A stretch of 64,000 bases of DNA from Patescibacteria group bacterium (GTDB lineage Bacteria; Patescibacteriota; Patescibacteriia; JACRDY01). Under the pieces are notes generated by a model, which saw only the letters and a program-made list of their open reading frames with translations, was not told where the DNA came from and did not search any database. The position numbers were made by a program, and so were the translations under genes. The DNA lies in contig JBAZLA010000003.1 of the NCBI GenBank assembly GCA_041650515.1, positions 30,819 to 94,818 of the forward strand. The letters run 5' to 3'. Positions 53,486 to 63,552 of the stretch are shown here, in pieces. Positions within the stretch are counted from its first letter, which is position 1. Each line of letters starts with the position of its first letter.

Positions 53486-54745
53486 ATGGATAAATTTATT
53501 ATTCGCGGTGGTCGCCGATTAAAGGGGACAGTTCGGGTATCAGGTTCTAAAAATGCGGCCTTACCATGTTTAGCCGCTACCTTATTGACTAGACAAAAAT
53601 GTATTTTAACTAACGTCCCGGATATTGCTGACGTTCACACTATGTTGGAATTACTGAAGTTTTTGGGTAGCAAAGTTAGCTTTAAAAATCATAAAGTAAT
53701 CATCGATAGCAGTCAGACTAAAAGCAAAGAATTAGAACATGACCGGGTTAGCCGCCTGCGAGCTTCAATTTTACTTTTGGGTCCGTTGTTGGCCCGGTTT
53801 GGCAAAGTGCGGATGGCTTTTCCCGGTGGTTGTGTCATTGGTAAGCGATCAGTCCGGGCCCATCTTAATGCTTTGCGCGATTTGGGCGCCAAAATGGTTC
53901 AGACTAAGGATTGGCTTCATTTAGCTGGTAAGTTGAAGGCTAATAAATTCTTGATGTGGGAAGCATCAGTCACGGCCACGGAAAATGCAATTATGGCAGC
54001 TAGTTTAGTGCCAGGTAAAACGGTTATTCGGTTGGCGGCTAGTGAACCGCATATTCAGGACTTGTGTCATATGTTGCAAGGGATGGGCGCTAAAATTAGT
54101 GGCGTTGGGACCAGCACCTTGGTTATTGAGGGTAGAAAACAATTGCACGGAGTTAAGCACGCGATCGTTGGTGATTATTTAGAAATGGGTACCCTAGCCA
54201 TCGCGGCGGCCTCGGTGCCGGGTAGCAAAGTAACTATTACCGGCTTAGATCCGGAGCAGTTGGATGCTTTTTGGAATAATTTAGCTGAAGTGGGCGCTAA
54301 ATTTACCTTAGGCAAAAATTTTGTCATGATCGAATATAAGAAAGGTTTGGTGGCTCTATCTAAACTAGAGACTCGACTCTATCCTGGTTTTCCTACTGAT
54401 TTACAGGCGCCGTTTTCTATTATTCTGACTCAGGCTAAGGGTATCACTAGAATTTTTGAAACCCTATATGAGGATCGATTGAAGTATTTTAATGAGTTAG
54501 AAAAAATGGGGGTCAAGTCGGAGATCTACAATCCGCATCAGGCTTTGGTGGTCGGCCCGGTTTGTTTACGTGGCGCGGTGGTCGAGAGTTGTGATTTGCG
54601 CGCGGGCGCCACCTTGGTTTTGGCCGGTTTGGTCGCTCGAGGCAAAACTGAAGTCTATAATATTAATTATATCGATCGGGGTTATGAAAATTTGGCTGGT
54701 AAATTAAAAAGTCTAGGCGCTGACATTAGACGAGTGGTGATTTAA
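53486..54745 (+). CDS. murA: UDP-N-acetylglucosamine 1-carboxyvinyltransferase
   Basis: MDKFIIRGGRRLKGTVRVSGSKNAALPCLAA... is the canonical MurA N-terminus. The TTG at 53480 is an alternative start. Confidence 0.85.
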   Translation: MDKFIIRGGRRLKGTVRVSGSKNAALPCLAATLLTRQKCILTNVPDIADVHTMLELLKFLGSKVSFKNHKVIIDSSQTKSKELEHDRVSRLRASILLLGPLLARFGKVRMAFPGGCVIGKRSVRAHLNALRDLGAKMVQTKDWLHLAGKLKANKFLMWEASVTATENAIMAASLVPGKTVIRLAASEPHIQDLCHMLQGMGAKISGVGTSTLVIEGRKQLHGVKHAIVGDYLEMGTLAIAAASVPGSKVTITGLDPEQLDAFWNNLAEVGAKFTLGKNFVMIEYKKGLVALSKLETRLYPGFPTDLQAPFSIILTQAKGITRIFETLYEDRLKYFNELEKMGVKSEIYNPHQALVVGPVCLRGAVVESCDLRAGATLVLAGLVARGKTEVYNINYIDRGYENLAGKLKSLGADIRRVVI

Positions 54746-54761
54746 AAATTATAATATTACT

Positions 54762-55991
54762 TTGATGCCCAAAAAAATATTTCAAAAACTGTTAGTGGTT
54801 TATTTAACTATTGTGATTTTGGTTTTTGGATTTGTGGCTGGTTTTTGGACGGGTCAGACTGATCCAGTGGTACCGGCCGAGCAGGGTCAATTGTTAAATA
54901 AGCCAGCCATTGGAGAACGGCCAGCTTTTCTTGCTAAAGATGTTGATTTTTCTTTATTCAACCAAGTTTGGCAAACGGTCAGAGAAGACTATTTACATAA
55001 AGATCAAGTAACTGACAGCCAGTTATTTTATGGCGCCCTAGCGGGTATTGTAGCTGCTCTCGGCGATTCTCACTCTAGTTTTTTTGATCCAGAGATGACG
55101 CGGAATTTTTCGGAAGAGTTAGCCGGTAGTTTCGAAGGTATCGGTGCTGAGATTGCTATCAAAAAAAATCAATTGATGATTGTTTCACCTCTACCAGCGA
55201 CACCAGCCTATCGAGCTGGTTTACAGGCAGAAGATCGGATTTTAGCTATTGACGGCCAAGAGACTTTAGTCATGCCCTTGGATTACGCAGTTAGTATTAT
55301 TCGTGGTGCTAAGGGAACGGTGGTTAAATTATTAATTATGCGAACCGGCTGGCCAGAACCAAGAGAATTTGAGATTATTCGTGACGTTATTCAATTCGAA
55401 AGCGTTACTTGGGAAATGAAGGATCAGAATATTGCTTATCTAAAAATCACTAGTTTTAATGATGATACTCAGCAGCTCTTTAACCAGGCAGTAGCACAAA
55501 TCGTGATGAAAAATCCCAAAGGAATTATTCTGGATTTAAGAAGCAATCCTGGTGGTTTTTTTAATGATTCGGTTAATGTCGCTTCAGCCTGGATCGAAGA
55601 CGGAGTGGTAGTGATTGAGAGCTCTAACGGCGATAAAAAAGAATTTTCCGCTCGAGGTCAGGCTAGACTGAAAGATTATCCAACCGTGGTTTTAGTTAAT
55701 AAGGGTTCGGCTTCAGCTTCGGAGATTGTGGCTGGCGCGCTCCAAGATTATAAAAAGGCAACAATTGTTGGTCAAACCACCTTTGGTAAGGGTTCGGTCC
55801 AAGATCTCCGCCCGCTAGCTGATGGTTCATCGGTTAAAATTACCGTGGCTGACTGGTTAACGCCCCAGGGGCGACAAATTGATGAGGTGGGTATTACGCC
55901 AGATGTTGTAATTGAATTGACCGGAGATGACTTTGACAATAGTTTAGACCCCCAATTGGATAAGGCTTTGGAGATTTTACAAAGCAAGTAG
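54762..55991 (+). CDS. Carboxyl-terminal processing protease (S41) with PDZ domain
   Basis: N-terminal TM, PDZ region, GIILDLRSNPGGF (S41 catalytic Ser region), TFGKGS. Confidence 0.75.
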   Translation: MMPKKIFQKLLVVYLTIVILVFGFVAGFWTGQTDPVVPAEQGQLLNKPAIGERPAFLAKDVDFSLFNQVWQTVREDYLHKDQVTDSQLFYGALAGIVAALGDSHSSFFDPEMTRNFSEELAGSFEGIGAEIAIKKNQLMIVSPLPATPAYRAGLQAEDRILAIDGQETLVMPLDYAVSIIRGAKGTVVKLLIMRTGWPEPREFEIIRDVIQFESVTWEMKDQNIAYLKITSFNDDTQQLFNQAVAQIVMKNPKGIILDLRSNPGGFFNDSVNVASAWIEDGVVVIESSNGDKKEFSARGQARLKDYPTVVLVNKGSASASEIVAGALQDYKKATIVGQTTFGKGSVQDLRPLADGSSVKITVADWLTPQGRQIDEVGITPDVVIELTGDDFDNSLDPQLDKALEILQSK

Positions 55992-56010
55992 CTTTATTTT
56001 TTGTCTTGTT

Positions 56011-56295
56011 TTGTTATACTATAATCAGTTAAATTTGAAATATATGGCCGAAAAAGAAATCGGTAAAGTGGTTCATTACTTTACCAATCTAAGCGTGGCC
56101 GTTATTGCCGCTACCGCTAATTTGCAGGTCGGTGATAGGATCCACATTAAAGGGCCAAAAACTGATTTTGAACAGGTGGTTGATTCTTTGCAGGTTGAAA
56201 AGCAGCCGGTCGATATTCTCTCGGCTGGTAGCGAAGCGGGCCTTAAAACCGTGGAGCACGTTAAGGAAGGTGATCAAGTTTATCTGGTTGAATAG
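56011..56295 (+). CDS. Hypothetical small protein (alternative start 56044)
   Basis: 94-aa ORF; no motif recognised. Confidence 0.3.
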   Translation: MLYYNQLNLKYMAEKEIGKVVHYFTNLSVAVIAATANLQVGDRIHIKGPKTDFEQVVDSLQVEKQPVDILSAGSEAGLKTVEHVKEGDQVYLVE

Positions 56296-56358
56296 ACTGA
56301 CTGTCGCCAATTTATGTTAAGAGCAGGGGATGAGCTTATAATTAGCTAAGTTTTTTAT

Positions 56359-56802
56359 ATGAGGATTGTTTTGGTAAAAAAAGTTGTGAGCCTAGGTAAT
56401 CCGGGTGAGGTTAAAGAAGTCTCCGAAGGTTATGGTCGTAATTTTTTATTACCTCAAGGACTAGCAGTCATTGCTACTGCTAGCACAATTGCTCAGTGGC
56501 AGCAAAAAAAACAAATAGTTGAGGCCCATAAAGTTCATGAAGTGAAGCAGGCTAGTATTTTGGCTAAAAAATTAAATAATGTATTAATCGAAGTTAGCGC
56601 TAAAGCCAATAAGGCGGGGACACTATTTGGCGCAGTGACTCCAGATCAGATTATTAAAAAATTAGTTGACCAAAAGATTGAATTGGATAAAAAATATCTG
56701 CAATATTCTGAGCATATTAAAAAAGTAGGTGAGCATCAAGTTAACTTTAAACTGGTAGATGGGAGCGAAGGTAAAATTAGGGTGAAGGTGATTAGTCTTT
56801 AG
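56359..56802 (+). CDS. rplI: 50S ribosomal protein L9
   Basis: MRIVLVKKVVSLGNPGEVKEVSEGYGRNFLLPQGLAV matches the L9 N-domain. Confidence 0.8.
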   Translation: MRIVLVKKVVSLGNPGEVKEVSEGYGRNFLLPQGLAVIATASTIAQWQQKKQIVEAHKVHEVKQASILAKKLNNVLIEVSAKANKAGTLFGAVTPDQIIKKLVDQKIELDKKYLQYSEHIKKVGEHQVNFKLVDGSEGKIRVKVISL

Positions 56803-56838
56803 TCTCCGCTATAATCTATTTATTATTTTTATTAAAAT

Positions 56839-58467
56839 ATGACGCCAAAATTTATTTTTGTGGTTGGTGGCGTAATGTCTGGCGTTGGTAAGGGTATTTC
56901 CTGCGCCTCGATTGCCACCATTTTAAAAAGCAAAGGTTTTCGCGTGACGGCGATTAAAATCGATCCATATATCAACGTTGATGCCGGTACAATGAATCCG
57001 ACTGAGCATGGTGAAGTTTTTGTCACCGACGATGGCGATGAGACTGATCAGGATATTGGTAATTATGAGCGATTCATGAACCAAAATATTTACCGAATCA
57101 ATTATATGACCACGGGCCGGGTTTACCAATCGGTTATTCAGCGCGAGCGCAATTTAGAATATGGTGGCAAATGTGTGGAAGTGGTACCGCATATCCCGAT
57201 GGAGGTGATTAATCGTATAAAGAGTGCTACTCAAAAAGCTAAGGCTGATTTTACTATTGTGGAGGTTGGCGGTACGGTTGGTGAATATCAAAATATTTTA
57301 TTCTTGGAAGCGGTGCGGATGATGAAACTTAAAAATCCCGATGATGTGGCCGTAGTCTTGGTCAGTTATTTGCCCGTACCGAGTAAAATTGGCGAGATGA
57401 AAACTAAGCCAACGCAGTATGCTTCTCGATCTTTAAATTCAGTTGGCTTACAGGCGGATTTTATTTTAGCTCGTGCCCCCGTAGCTCTAGATGAGCCACG
57501 GCGGGAAAAATTAGCGACTTTTTGCGGCGTGCGACCGGAAAACGTTATTTCGGCGCCGGACGTGGATTCAATTTATGAAGTGCCATTAAATTTTGCTAAA
57601 GAAGGTTTGGGCGATCAAATTCTAAAACATTTTGGTCTTAAACCTCGTCAGCGTGACCTGAAAGATTGGCAAAAGATGGTTAAGGAGATCAAAGCGGCCA
57701 AAAAGGAAGTTAAAATTGGCATCGTGGGCAAATACTTTAGCACGGGTGATTTTATTTTGGCTGATTCTTATATTTCGGTCATCGAAGCGATTAAGCACGC
57801 TTGTCGGGTTAACAAATGCAAACCAGTACTTAAATGGTTGGGAACGCAAGACATCGAAAAATATGGTCCAAAAAAAGTTTTAGCGGGTTTGGCTGGTTTG
57901 ATTGTCCCGCAGGGTTGGGGCAGCCGGGGCGCTGAGGGTAAGATTGCGACGATTAAATATTGTCGTGAAAACAAAGTACCCTACTTTGGTTTGTGTTATG
58001 GTATGCAGATGGCGGTAATTGAATTTGCTCGTAATGTTTGTGGTTTTAAAGATGCCAACTCACAGGAAGTTAGTCCCAAAACCACTCATCCGGTGATTCA
58101 TATTATGCCCGAACAGCAAGAATATCTTAGAAAGCATCAGTATGGTGGTACAATCCGGCTAGGCGCTTGGCCATGTAAGCTTAAGAAAGGAACGCATATT
58201 TATACTGCTTATAAGGGGCAAGAAAAGATTGCCGAGCGGCATCGTCACCGTTATGAGTTTAATAACAAATATCGCGAAATAATGGAAAAGAAAGGTTTGA
58301 CGATTTGCGGTACCTCGCCCGATGGCCAGTTAGTCGAAGCAGTCGAAATTACTAATCATCCTTTCTTTATTGGTACGCAGTTTCATCCGGAATATAAATC
58401 ACGGCCGTTAGAACCACATCCGCTGTTTGTTGAGTTTGTTAGGTGCTGCCTCAAGAACAAAAAATAA
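56839..58467 (+). CDS. pyrG: CTP synthase
   Basis: FIFVVGGVMSGVGKGISCASI; GATase domain GLCYGMQ, RHRHRYEFN. Confidence 0.9.
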   Translation: MTPKFIFVVGGVMSGVGKGISCASIATILKSKGFRVTAIKIDPYINVDAGTMNPTEHGEVFVTDDGDETDQDIGNYERFMNQNIYRINYMTTGRVYQSVIQRERNLEYGGKCVEVVPHIPMEVINRIKSATQKAKADFTIVEVGGTVGEYQNILFLEAVRMMKLKNPDDVAVVLVSYLPVPSKIGEMKTKPTQYASRSLNSVGLQADFILARAPVALDEPRREKLATFCGVRPENVISAPDVDSIYEVPLNFAKEGLGDQILKHFGLKPRQRDLKDWQKMVKEIKAAKKEVKIGIVGKYFSTGDFILADSYISVIEAIKHACRVNKCKPVLKWLGTQDIEKYGPKKVLAGLAGLIVPQGWGSRGAEGKIATIKYCRENKVPYFGLCYGMQMAVIEFARNVCGFKDANSQEVSPKTTHPVIHIMPEQQEYLRKHQYGGTIRLGAWPCKLKKGTHIYTAYKGQEKIAERHRHRYEFNNKYREIMEKKGLTICGTSPDGQLVEAVEITNHPFFIGTQFHPEYKSRPLEPHPLFVEFVRCCLKNKK

Positions 58468-58559
58468 AATTTAAGCCGTCGGTTACAAGCCGGCGGCTGT
58501 TGTTATTTTGATTGCTCTATTGCTTTATTTCATTATTACCTGTCAGTTGAGAATAATTT

Positions 58560-59255
58560 ATGAACAAAATCAGTTTTGAATTTAATAATCAAGATCTCGA
58601 GCTCTACTGTCGTGACAATATTGATCAGAGCGTGATCAATGAGATTTTTAAATTTGGTGAATATCGGTCCGCCGAGGAGACTATCAGAAAAGCCGTTGAG
58701 CCGATTTTAGATGTTGGTGCCCACGCTGGGTTTTTTAGTTGGTACTGTCGGCTACTTAATTCCTTGGTCAAAATCTACTCCCTAGAGCCAGCTAAAGAAA
58801 ATGTTAATCTGTTCCAAAAAAATTATAAGCTTAACCATTTTAAAAACATTACCCTTATTCCCGCGGCTTTAGCCGGGCAAAGCGGTACAAGAAAAATGTT
58901 AGTTTCTGCTGATAATATTAATCACCGTTTGATTTCACCAGATGAGAAAGTGGTTGGTGGTGAGATAACGGAAGTTAAAGCTTATTCCTTGGCTGGTTTA
59001 ACCAATAAATTTAAAATTAATAGGTTTTCGCTAATTAAAATGGATATCGAGGGCGGGGAATATGAGGTTGTGGCTAGCTGGCAAGACCAGGATTGGTTAA
59101 AAGTTAGTGTTTTGGTCTTAGAGTATCACAATCAAGATGAAAACAGTCGTGAGATTTTAGAGCAGAGTTTACGTCAGCATGGTTTTAGCGTGCAAGTTTT
59201 TCCGTCGCAGTTTGACAAGAAATTAGGATTTATCTTCGCTAGGAATAGGCGATAG
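58560..59255 (+). CDS. FkbM-family methyltransferase
   Basis: LDVGAHAGFFS (SAM-binding) and IKMDIEGGEYEV, characteristic of FkbM. Confidence 0.65.
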   Translation: MNKISFEFNNQDLELYCRDNIDQSVINEIFKFGEYRSAEETIRKAVEPILDVGAHAGFFSWYCRLLNSLVKIYSLEPAKENVNLFQKNYKLNHFKNITLIPAALAGQSGTRKMLVSADNINHRLISPDEKVVGGEITEVKAYSLAGLTNKFKINRFSLIKMDIEGGEYEVVASWQDQDWLKVSVLVLEYHNQDENSREILEQSLRQHGFSVQVFPSQFDKKLGFIFARNRR

Positions 59256-59289
59256 CGCCACACGCTACTATTTGATACTAAAAGTCCCC

Positions 59290-59320
59290 CTTAGCGGGGG
59301 ACTTATATTTTGTTGATTAT
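59290..59320. terminator. Bidirectional hairpin terminator between the FkbM gene (+) and rpmA (-)
   Basis: aaagtccccc-ttag-cgggggactt with T-run on the plus side and A-run on the minus side. Confidence 0.55.
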
Positions 59321-59324
59321 TTAT

Positions 59325-59609
59325 TTACTTTTTTTGGGGTTCGACACTGACAAAACTACCTAATTTTAATTTACCGTCGTAGCTTCTAATTTTTTTTCGG
59401 TAATATTTAACAATACCGATAGCGGTGGCAAAAAGAGTGTCATCGCCGCCTTTTTTAACATTTTTACCAGCCCGGAATTTGCTGCCTCTTTGGCGAACTA
59501 AAATCGCCCCGGTTTTAGCCCATTGGCCGCCGTGGAGTTTGACGCCTAGTCTTTTAGATACAGAATCGCGTCCCAGCGCTGTAGAACCGCCCGCTTTTTT
59601 ATGTGACAT
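59325..59609 (-). CDS. rpmA: 50S ribosomal protein L27 with C-terminal extension
   Basis: [29 protein letters not shown]...[16 protein letters not shown] matches L27. Confidence 0.8.
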   Translation of the reverse strand: MSHKKAGGSTALGRDSVSKRLGVKLHGGQWAKTGAILVRQRGSKFRAGKNVKKGGDDTLFATAIGIVKYYRKKIRSYDGKLKLGSFVSVEPQKK

Positions 59610-59779
59610 ATTCTAGTTATCAGCTAACAGCGGTCAGCCGTCAGCTCGAAATTAAGATTTAAAGTGGTTTTATTCTAGCGGATGAGGTGATAATTGTCAA
59701 GAGGTAGTTTAAGGTGATTATTTTAATAGAATATGGTATAATAAAATAGTAAATAATCTAAATAATAAGTAACCATAAT

Positions 59780-60019
59780 ATGAAGCGAGTTTACCAAAAT
59801 TTTCAAGATATCTTATCTGAAGTAATGTGGTTTTTTGTAGTTCAGGGAATTTTCCTTTTGGCTTTCGCGGTTTTAGTTTTATTTTATCCTTTTGCCTTGA
59901 TAATTTTAGTCGCTTTACTTTTAATTTGTTTAGCGGTGGTCAGCTTGTATTTTGGCTATAAGATATTAAAGGTAAAAATGACTGTTAATAAAATTAAGAA
60001 AGAATTGACTGGTGAGTAG
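59780..60019 (+). CDS. Hypothetical small membrane protein
   Basis: 79 aa with two hydrophobic helices. Confidence 0.3.
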   Translation: MKRVYQNFQDILSEVMWFFVVQGIFLLAFAVLVLFYPFALIILVALLLICLAVVSLYFGYKILKVKMTVNKIKKELTGE

Positions 60020-60108
60020 GGTTTTCAAAGAGAGCTTGAGATAAATTCCATCTTCATATATGATAGTAGTCTATTTAGCTTGGTAACTAATTAATTTAAG
60101 CTAATTTT

Positions 60109-60528
60109 ATGTATAATAAGATAATTTTGGATCATTTTCAGCATCCGCGAAACCAGGGTAAAATCGCCAAGCCCGACGGTTTAGGCCAGGTGGGTAATCC
60201 GGTTTGTGGAGATATTATGAAGATTTATATTAAGATTGACCAAGAAAGAGGTCAGGCGATTATTAAAGACATCAAGTTTGAAACTTTGGGTTGCGCGGCA
60301 GCGATTGCCAACTCTTCAATGTTAACAACTGTAGTTAAAGGTAAGCTGATTAGCCAAGCCTTGCGGGTGACCAAGAATGATATTGTTAAAAAACTCGGTG
60401 GCGATGTACCCAAGAATAAGATTCATTGTTCAATGTTGGCGATAGAAGCGCTTAAAGAAGCAGTTGATGATTGGCAGAAAAAAAACAAGAAAGTCCGCCC
60501 TAAGCGGGTTCGAAGGGCAAAAAAGTAA
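60109..60528 (+). CDS. IscU/NifU-N-type Fe-S cluster scaffold
   Basis: Three conserved Cys (NPVCGD, LGCAAAIA, IHCSMLA) in IscU-like spacing. Confidence 0.7.
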   Translation: MYNKIILDHFQHPRNQGKIAKPDGLGQVGNPVCGDIMKIYIKIDQERGQAIIKDIKFETLGCAAAIANSSMLTTVVKGKLISQALRVTKNDIVKKLGGDVPKNKIHCSMLAIEALKEAVDDWQKKNKKVRPKRVRRAKK

Positions 60529-60559
60529 AAAAGTTATTTAGTAATTTAGCAATTCAAAT

Positions 60560-60784
60560 ATGCAAGATAAAATTAAAAAAGCCTTAGCTAAAATTCGGCC
60601 CAACCTCAAAGCGCACGGTGGTAACGTTCGTCTAATCAAAATTGAACCTAAGAAAGGTTTGGTTTATGTCCGCTTGCAAGGCGCTTGCGCTGGTTGTCCA
60701 ATGGCTGAGATTACATTGCAGCAGGGGATTGAGAAATTTTTAAAAGCTCAAATCAAGGGTGTTAAAAAAGTGATAAGCGTTTAA
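60560..60784 (+). CDS. NifU-C / Nfu-type Fe-S assembly domain protein
   Basis: IRPNLKAHGGNVRLIKI...LQGACAGCPMAEITL (CxxC Nfu motif). Confidence 0.65.
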   Translation: MQDKIKKALAKIRPNLKAHGGNVRLIKIEPKKGLVYVRLQGACAGCPMAEITLQQGIEKFLKAQIKGVKKVISV

Positions 60785-60787
60785 AAT

Positions 60788-61978
60788 ATGAAGGAGCTAA
60801 AAAATAGAATTTATTTGGATTGCGCGGCGACGACGCCGGTTGATCCTATTATTTTAAAGGCAATGTTGCCTTATTTTAGTAATAATTTTGGTAATGCGTC
60901 GTCGATTCATCATTTCGGTCAGGCGGCGCTGGCTGGTGTTGACTTGGCTCGTGATCAACTGGCTAAGTTTTTGGGTTGCCAAGCTAAAGAGATAATTTTT
61001 ACTTCAGGCGCTAGCGAGGCGGACAATCTGGCTGTTCAAGGAGTTATAAAAGCTAGCCCTTATGGAAAGAAGTCACATATTATTACTTCTAGGATAGAGC
61101 ATCCAGCGGTTTTGGAAACTTGCAAATCATTAGAAAAACAAGGTTTAGCCCAAGTCAGTTACGTTGGGGTGAATAAAAAAGGTCTAGTCGAAGTTGGCGC
61201 AATTAGAAAACTAATTAAACCAACCACGGTCCTAGTGTCAATTATGTATGTTAATAATGAGATTGGCACGATTCAGCCGATTGCCCAGATTGGTAAAATG
61301 ATTACCGGGAAAAACCAAGGGCGAAAAAATAAAATTTATTTTCATACTGATGCGGTGCAAGCGGCCAATTATTTGGATTGTCAGGTGGATCCATTGGGCG
61401 TTGATTTGCTATCGCTCTCCGGCCATAAGATCTATGGCCCCAAAGGCGTGGGCGCGCTTTATATCCGATTGGGAACGGCAATTAAACATTATACTTATGG
61501 TGGTGAACAAGAGTTCGGTTTACGTCCTGGTACATTAAACACCGCCGCCATCGTCGGTTTTGGTAAAGCCGTTGAGTTGATTCGGACTAAAGACCGGGTG
61601 CGGGCTAATCAACAAATTAGAAAAAATCGTGATTTATTGTCCAAAGGTATCCTGGCCAGGATTAAGGATATTAAAATTAATGGCGATTTAATTAAGCGTG
61701 TACCTAGCAATTTGAATGTTAGCTTTAAAAATGTGGAAGGAGAAAGCCTGTTATTAATGCTAGATCTAGTTGGTATTTCGGTCTCGACCGGTTCGGCCTG
61801 CGCTTCGGGAGCATTGAGCGCTTCGCCTATTTTATTAGCTTTGGGTCTATCACATAGCGATGCCCATGGTAGTTTGCGCTTCACTCTGGGTCAAGATGTA
61901 ACTACTAGTGATATTAATAAAGTGGTGGCGGTTTTACCTAGTTTAGTCAAGAAGTTGCGTCAGATTGCCCCGAAATAA
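60788..61978 (+). CDS. iscS: Cysteine desulfurase (class V aminotransferase)
   Basis: IYLDCAATTPVDP..., SLSGHKIYGPKGVGALYIR (PLP Lys), SACASG (active-site Cys loop). Confidence 0.85.
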   Translation: MKELKNRIYLDCAATTPVDPIILKAMLPYFSNNFGNASSIHHFGQAALAGVDLARDQLAKFLGCQAKEIIFTSGASEADNLAVQGVIKASPYGKKSHIITSRIEHPAVLETCKSLEKQGLAQVSYVGVNKKGLVEVGAIRKLIKPTTVLVSIMYVNNEIGTIQPIAQIGKMITGKNQGRKNKIYFHTDAVQAANYLDCQVDPLGVDLLSLSGHKIYGPKGVGALYIRLGTAIKHYTYGGEQEFGLRPGTLNTAAIVGFGKAVELIRTKDRVRANQQIRKNRDLLSKGILARIKDIKINGDLIKRVPSNLNVSFKNVEGESLLLMLDLVGISVSTGSACASGALSASPILLALGLSHSDAHGSLRFTLGQDVTTSDINKVVAVLPSLVKKLRQIAPK

Positions 61979-62396
61979 TTTTTTTGCTAAAATAGCGCTG
62001 GCTATGCCTTTTACCAACATCAGCTTATTTTACGATGATCTGAGGAAAAACCTTAAGGTGATTTTTTTGCAGGATAGAATTTTGATAATTTTTTTTGGGA
62101 TCGCTTTAGTATTAAATTTGTTGCTCTATTTTGGTCTATATTGGCAGATTCAGCCGTCAGCCGAACCAGTGTTTTTGCACTACAATATTTATTTTGGCAT
62201 TGATTTAATTGGTGGTTGGCAAGAAGTTTACTTAATGCCGATCGTGGGTAGTTTTTTACTTGTAATTAATTTGATTTTAGCTTATTTTTTTTATCACTCA
62301 GAGAAAATTGTTAGCTATCTGTTATTAGGTATTAGCTTGTTGATCGAAGTGCTGCTTTTGGTCGGCGGCGTGATGGTAATAATGGTTAATCAATAA
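61965..62396 (+). CDS. Hypothetical membrane protein (start uncertain)
   Basis: Hydrophobic 143-aa ORF overlapping the iscS 3' end. Confidence 0.3.
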   Translation: MPRNNFFAKIALAMPFTNISLFYDDLRKNLKVIFLQDRILIIFFGIALVLNLLLYFGLYWQIQPSAEPVFLHYNIYFGIDLIGGWQEVYLMPIVGSFLLVINLILAYFFYHSEKIVSYLLLGISLLIEVLLLVGGVMVIMVNQ

Positions 62397-62398
62397 TT

Positions 62399-63469
62399 AT
62401 GAATTATTTTTATATAATTAAACTGGCTTTGCTGACGACCTTGGCTTTCGTTGTGGCGATGGTCTGGACGCCGCTATTGACTCATTTTTTGTATAAATAC
62501 CGATGTTGGAAAAAATCTGTTCGGACAACGGCACCCGATGGAGCGGGTACGCCAATTTTTAGTCAATTGCATCAAGACAAAGAAGTCACAGTGCCCCGAA
62601 TGGGTGGTTTATTAATCTGGGTAACAACGTTATTATTTTCTTTTCTTTTTATAATTTTTTGTCCAGTCTTTAGCACTTGTTCTTGGTTGCAAGGATTAAA
62701 CTTCTTAAACCGAGCAGAAACTTGGCTGCCACTTTTTACTTTGGTTGTTGCATCATTTATTGGTTTAGTTGATGATATTCTAGTGGTGCGTGGGTTTGGC
62801 GAAAAAGGTAAGGGTGGTGGTATCCGGTTTCGTCATCGTTTACTTTTGGTGGCGATCTTAGGTTTAATCGGCGGATTGTGGTTTTATTATAAACTTGATT
62901 GGGATACGCTGCACCTACCTTTTGATGGAACGATCGCCTTGGGTTGGCTATTTATCCCATTTTTTATTATGGTGATGCTAGCGATGTTTAGTACTAGCGT
63001 TACCGATGGTCTAGATGGTTTGGCCGGCGGTTTGTTTATAGCTGAATTTGTTGCTTTTGGGGCAATTGCTTTTTCGTTGGGTAAATATAATCTAGCTACT
63101 TTTTGCGGTGTAATTGCCGGTAGTCTATTGGCTTTTCTGTGGTTTAATATCCCGCCGGCGCGATTTTATCTTGGGGAGACAGGGATTTTGGGATTAACTA
63201 CTACTTTAGCTGTTGTTGCTTTTTTGACTAATTCTGTTTTGCTTTTGCCAGTAATTGCTTTTGTGCCGATGGTCGAGTCATTCTCAGTAATCATTCAGTT
63301 ATTATCCAAAAAGTTTCGTCACCAGAAAGTTTTTCTTTCGACGCCGATCCATCATCATTTTCAGGCTAAGGGTTGGCCGGAGTATAAAGTGGTGATGCGG
63401 TTTTGGCTAATCGGCGCGGTGACGGCGGTAGTCGGAGTTAGTTTGTTTTTGCTAGATAAAACTTTTTAA
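62399..63469 (+). CDS. mraY: Phospho-N-acetylmuramoyl-pentapeptide transferase
   Basis: QLHQDKEVTVPRMGG, VDDIL, TDGLDGLAGG: MraY/GT4 signature motifs. Polytopic. Confidence 0.8.
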   Translation: MNYFYIIKLALLTTLAFVVAMVWTPLLTHFLYKYRCWKKSVRTTAPDGAGTPIFSQLHQDKEVTVPRMGGLLIWVTTLLFSFLFIIFCPVFSTCSWLQGLNFLNRAETWLPLFTLVVASFIGLVDDILVVRGFGEKGKGGGIRFRHRLLLVAILGLIGGLWFYYKLDWDTLHLPFDGTIALGWLFIPFFIMVMLAMFSTSVTDGLDGLAGGLFIAEFVAFGAIAFSLGKYNLATFCGVIAGSLLAFLWFNIPPARFYLGETGILGLTTTLAVVAFLTNSVLLLPVIAFVPMVESFSVIIQLLSKKFRHQKVFLSTPIHHHFQAKGWPEYKVVMRFWLIGAVTAVVGVSLFLLDKTF

Positions 63470-63552
63470 AAATTAACCAATATCCAATATTTGATATTTA
63501 ATATTAAAAAAATATTAGATATTAGATACTAGATATTGTTTTGACTATATTT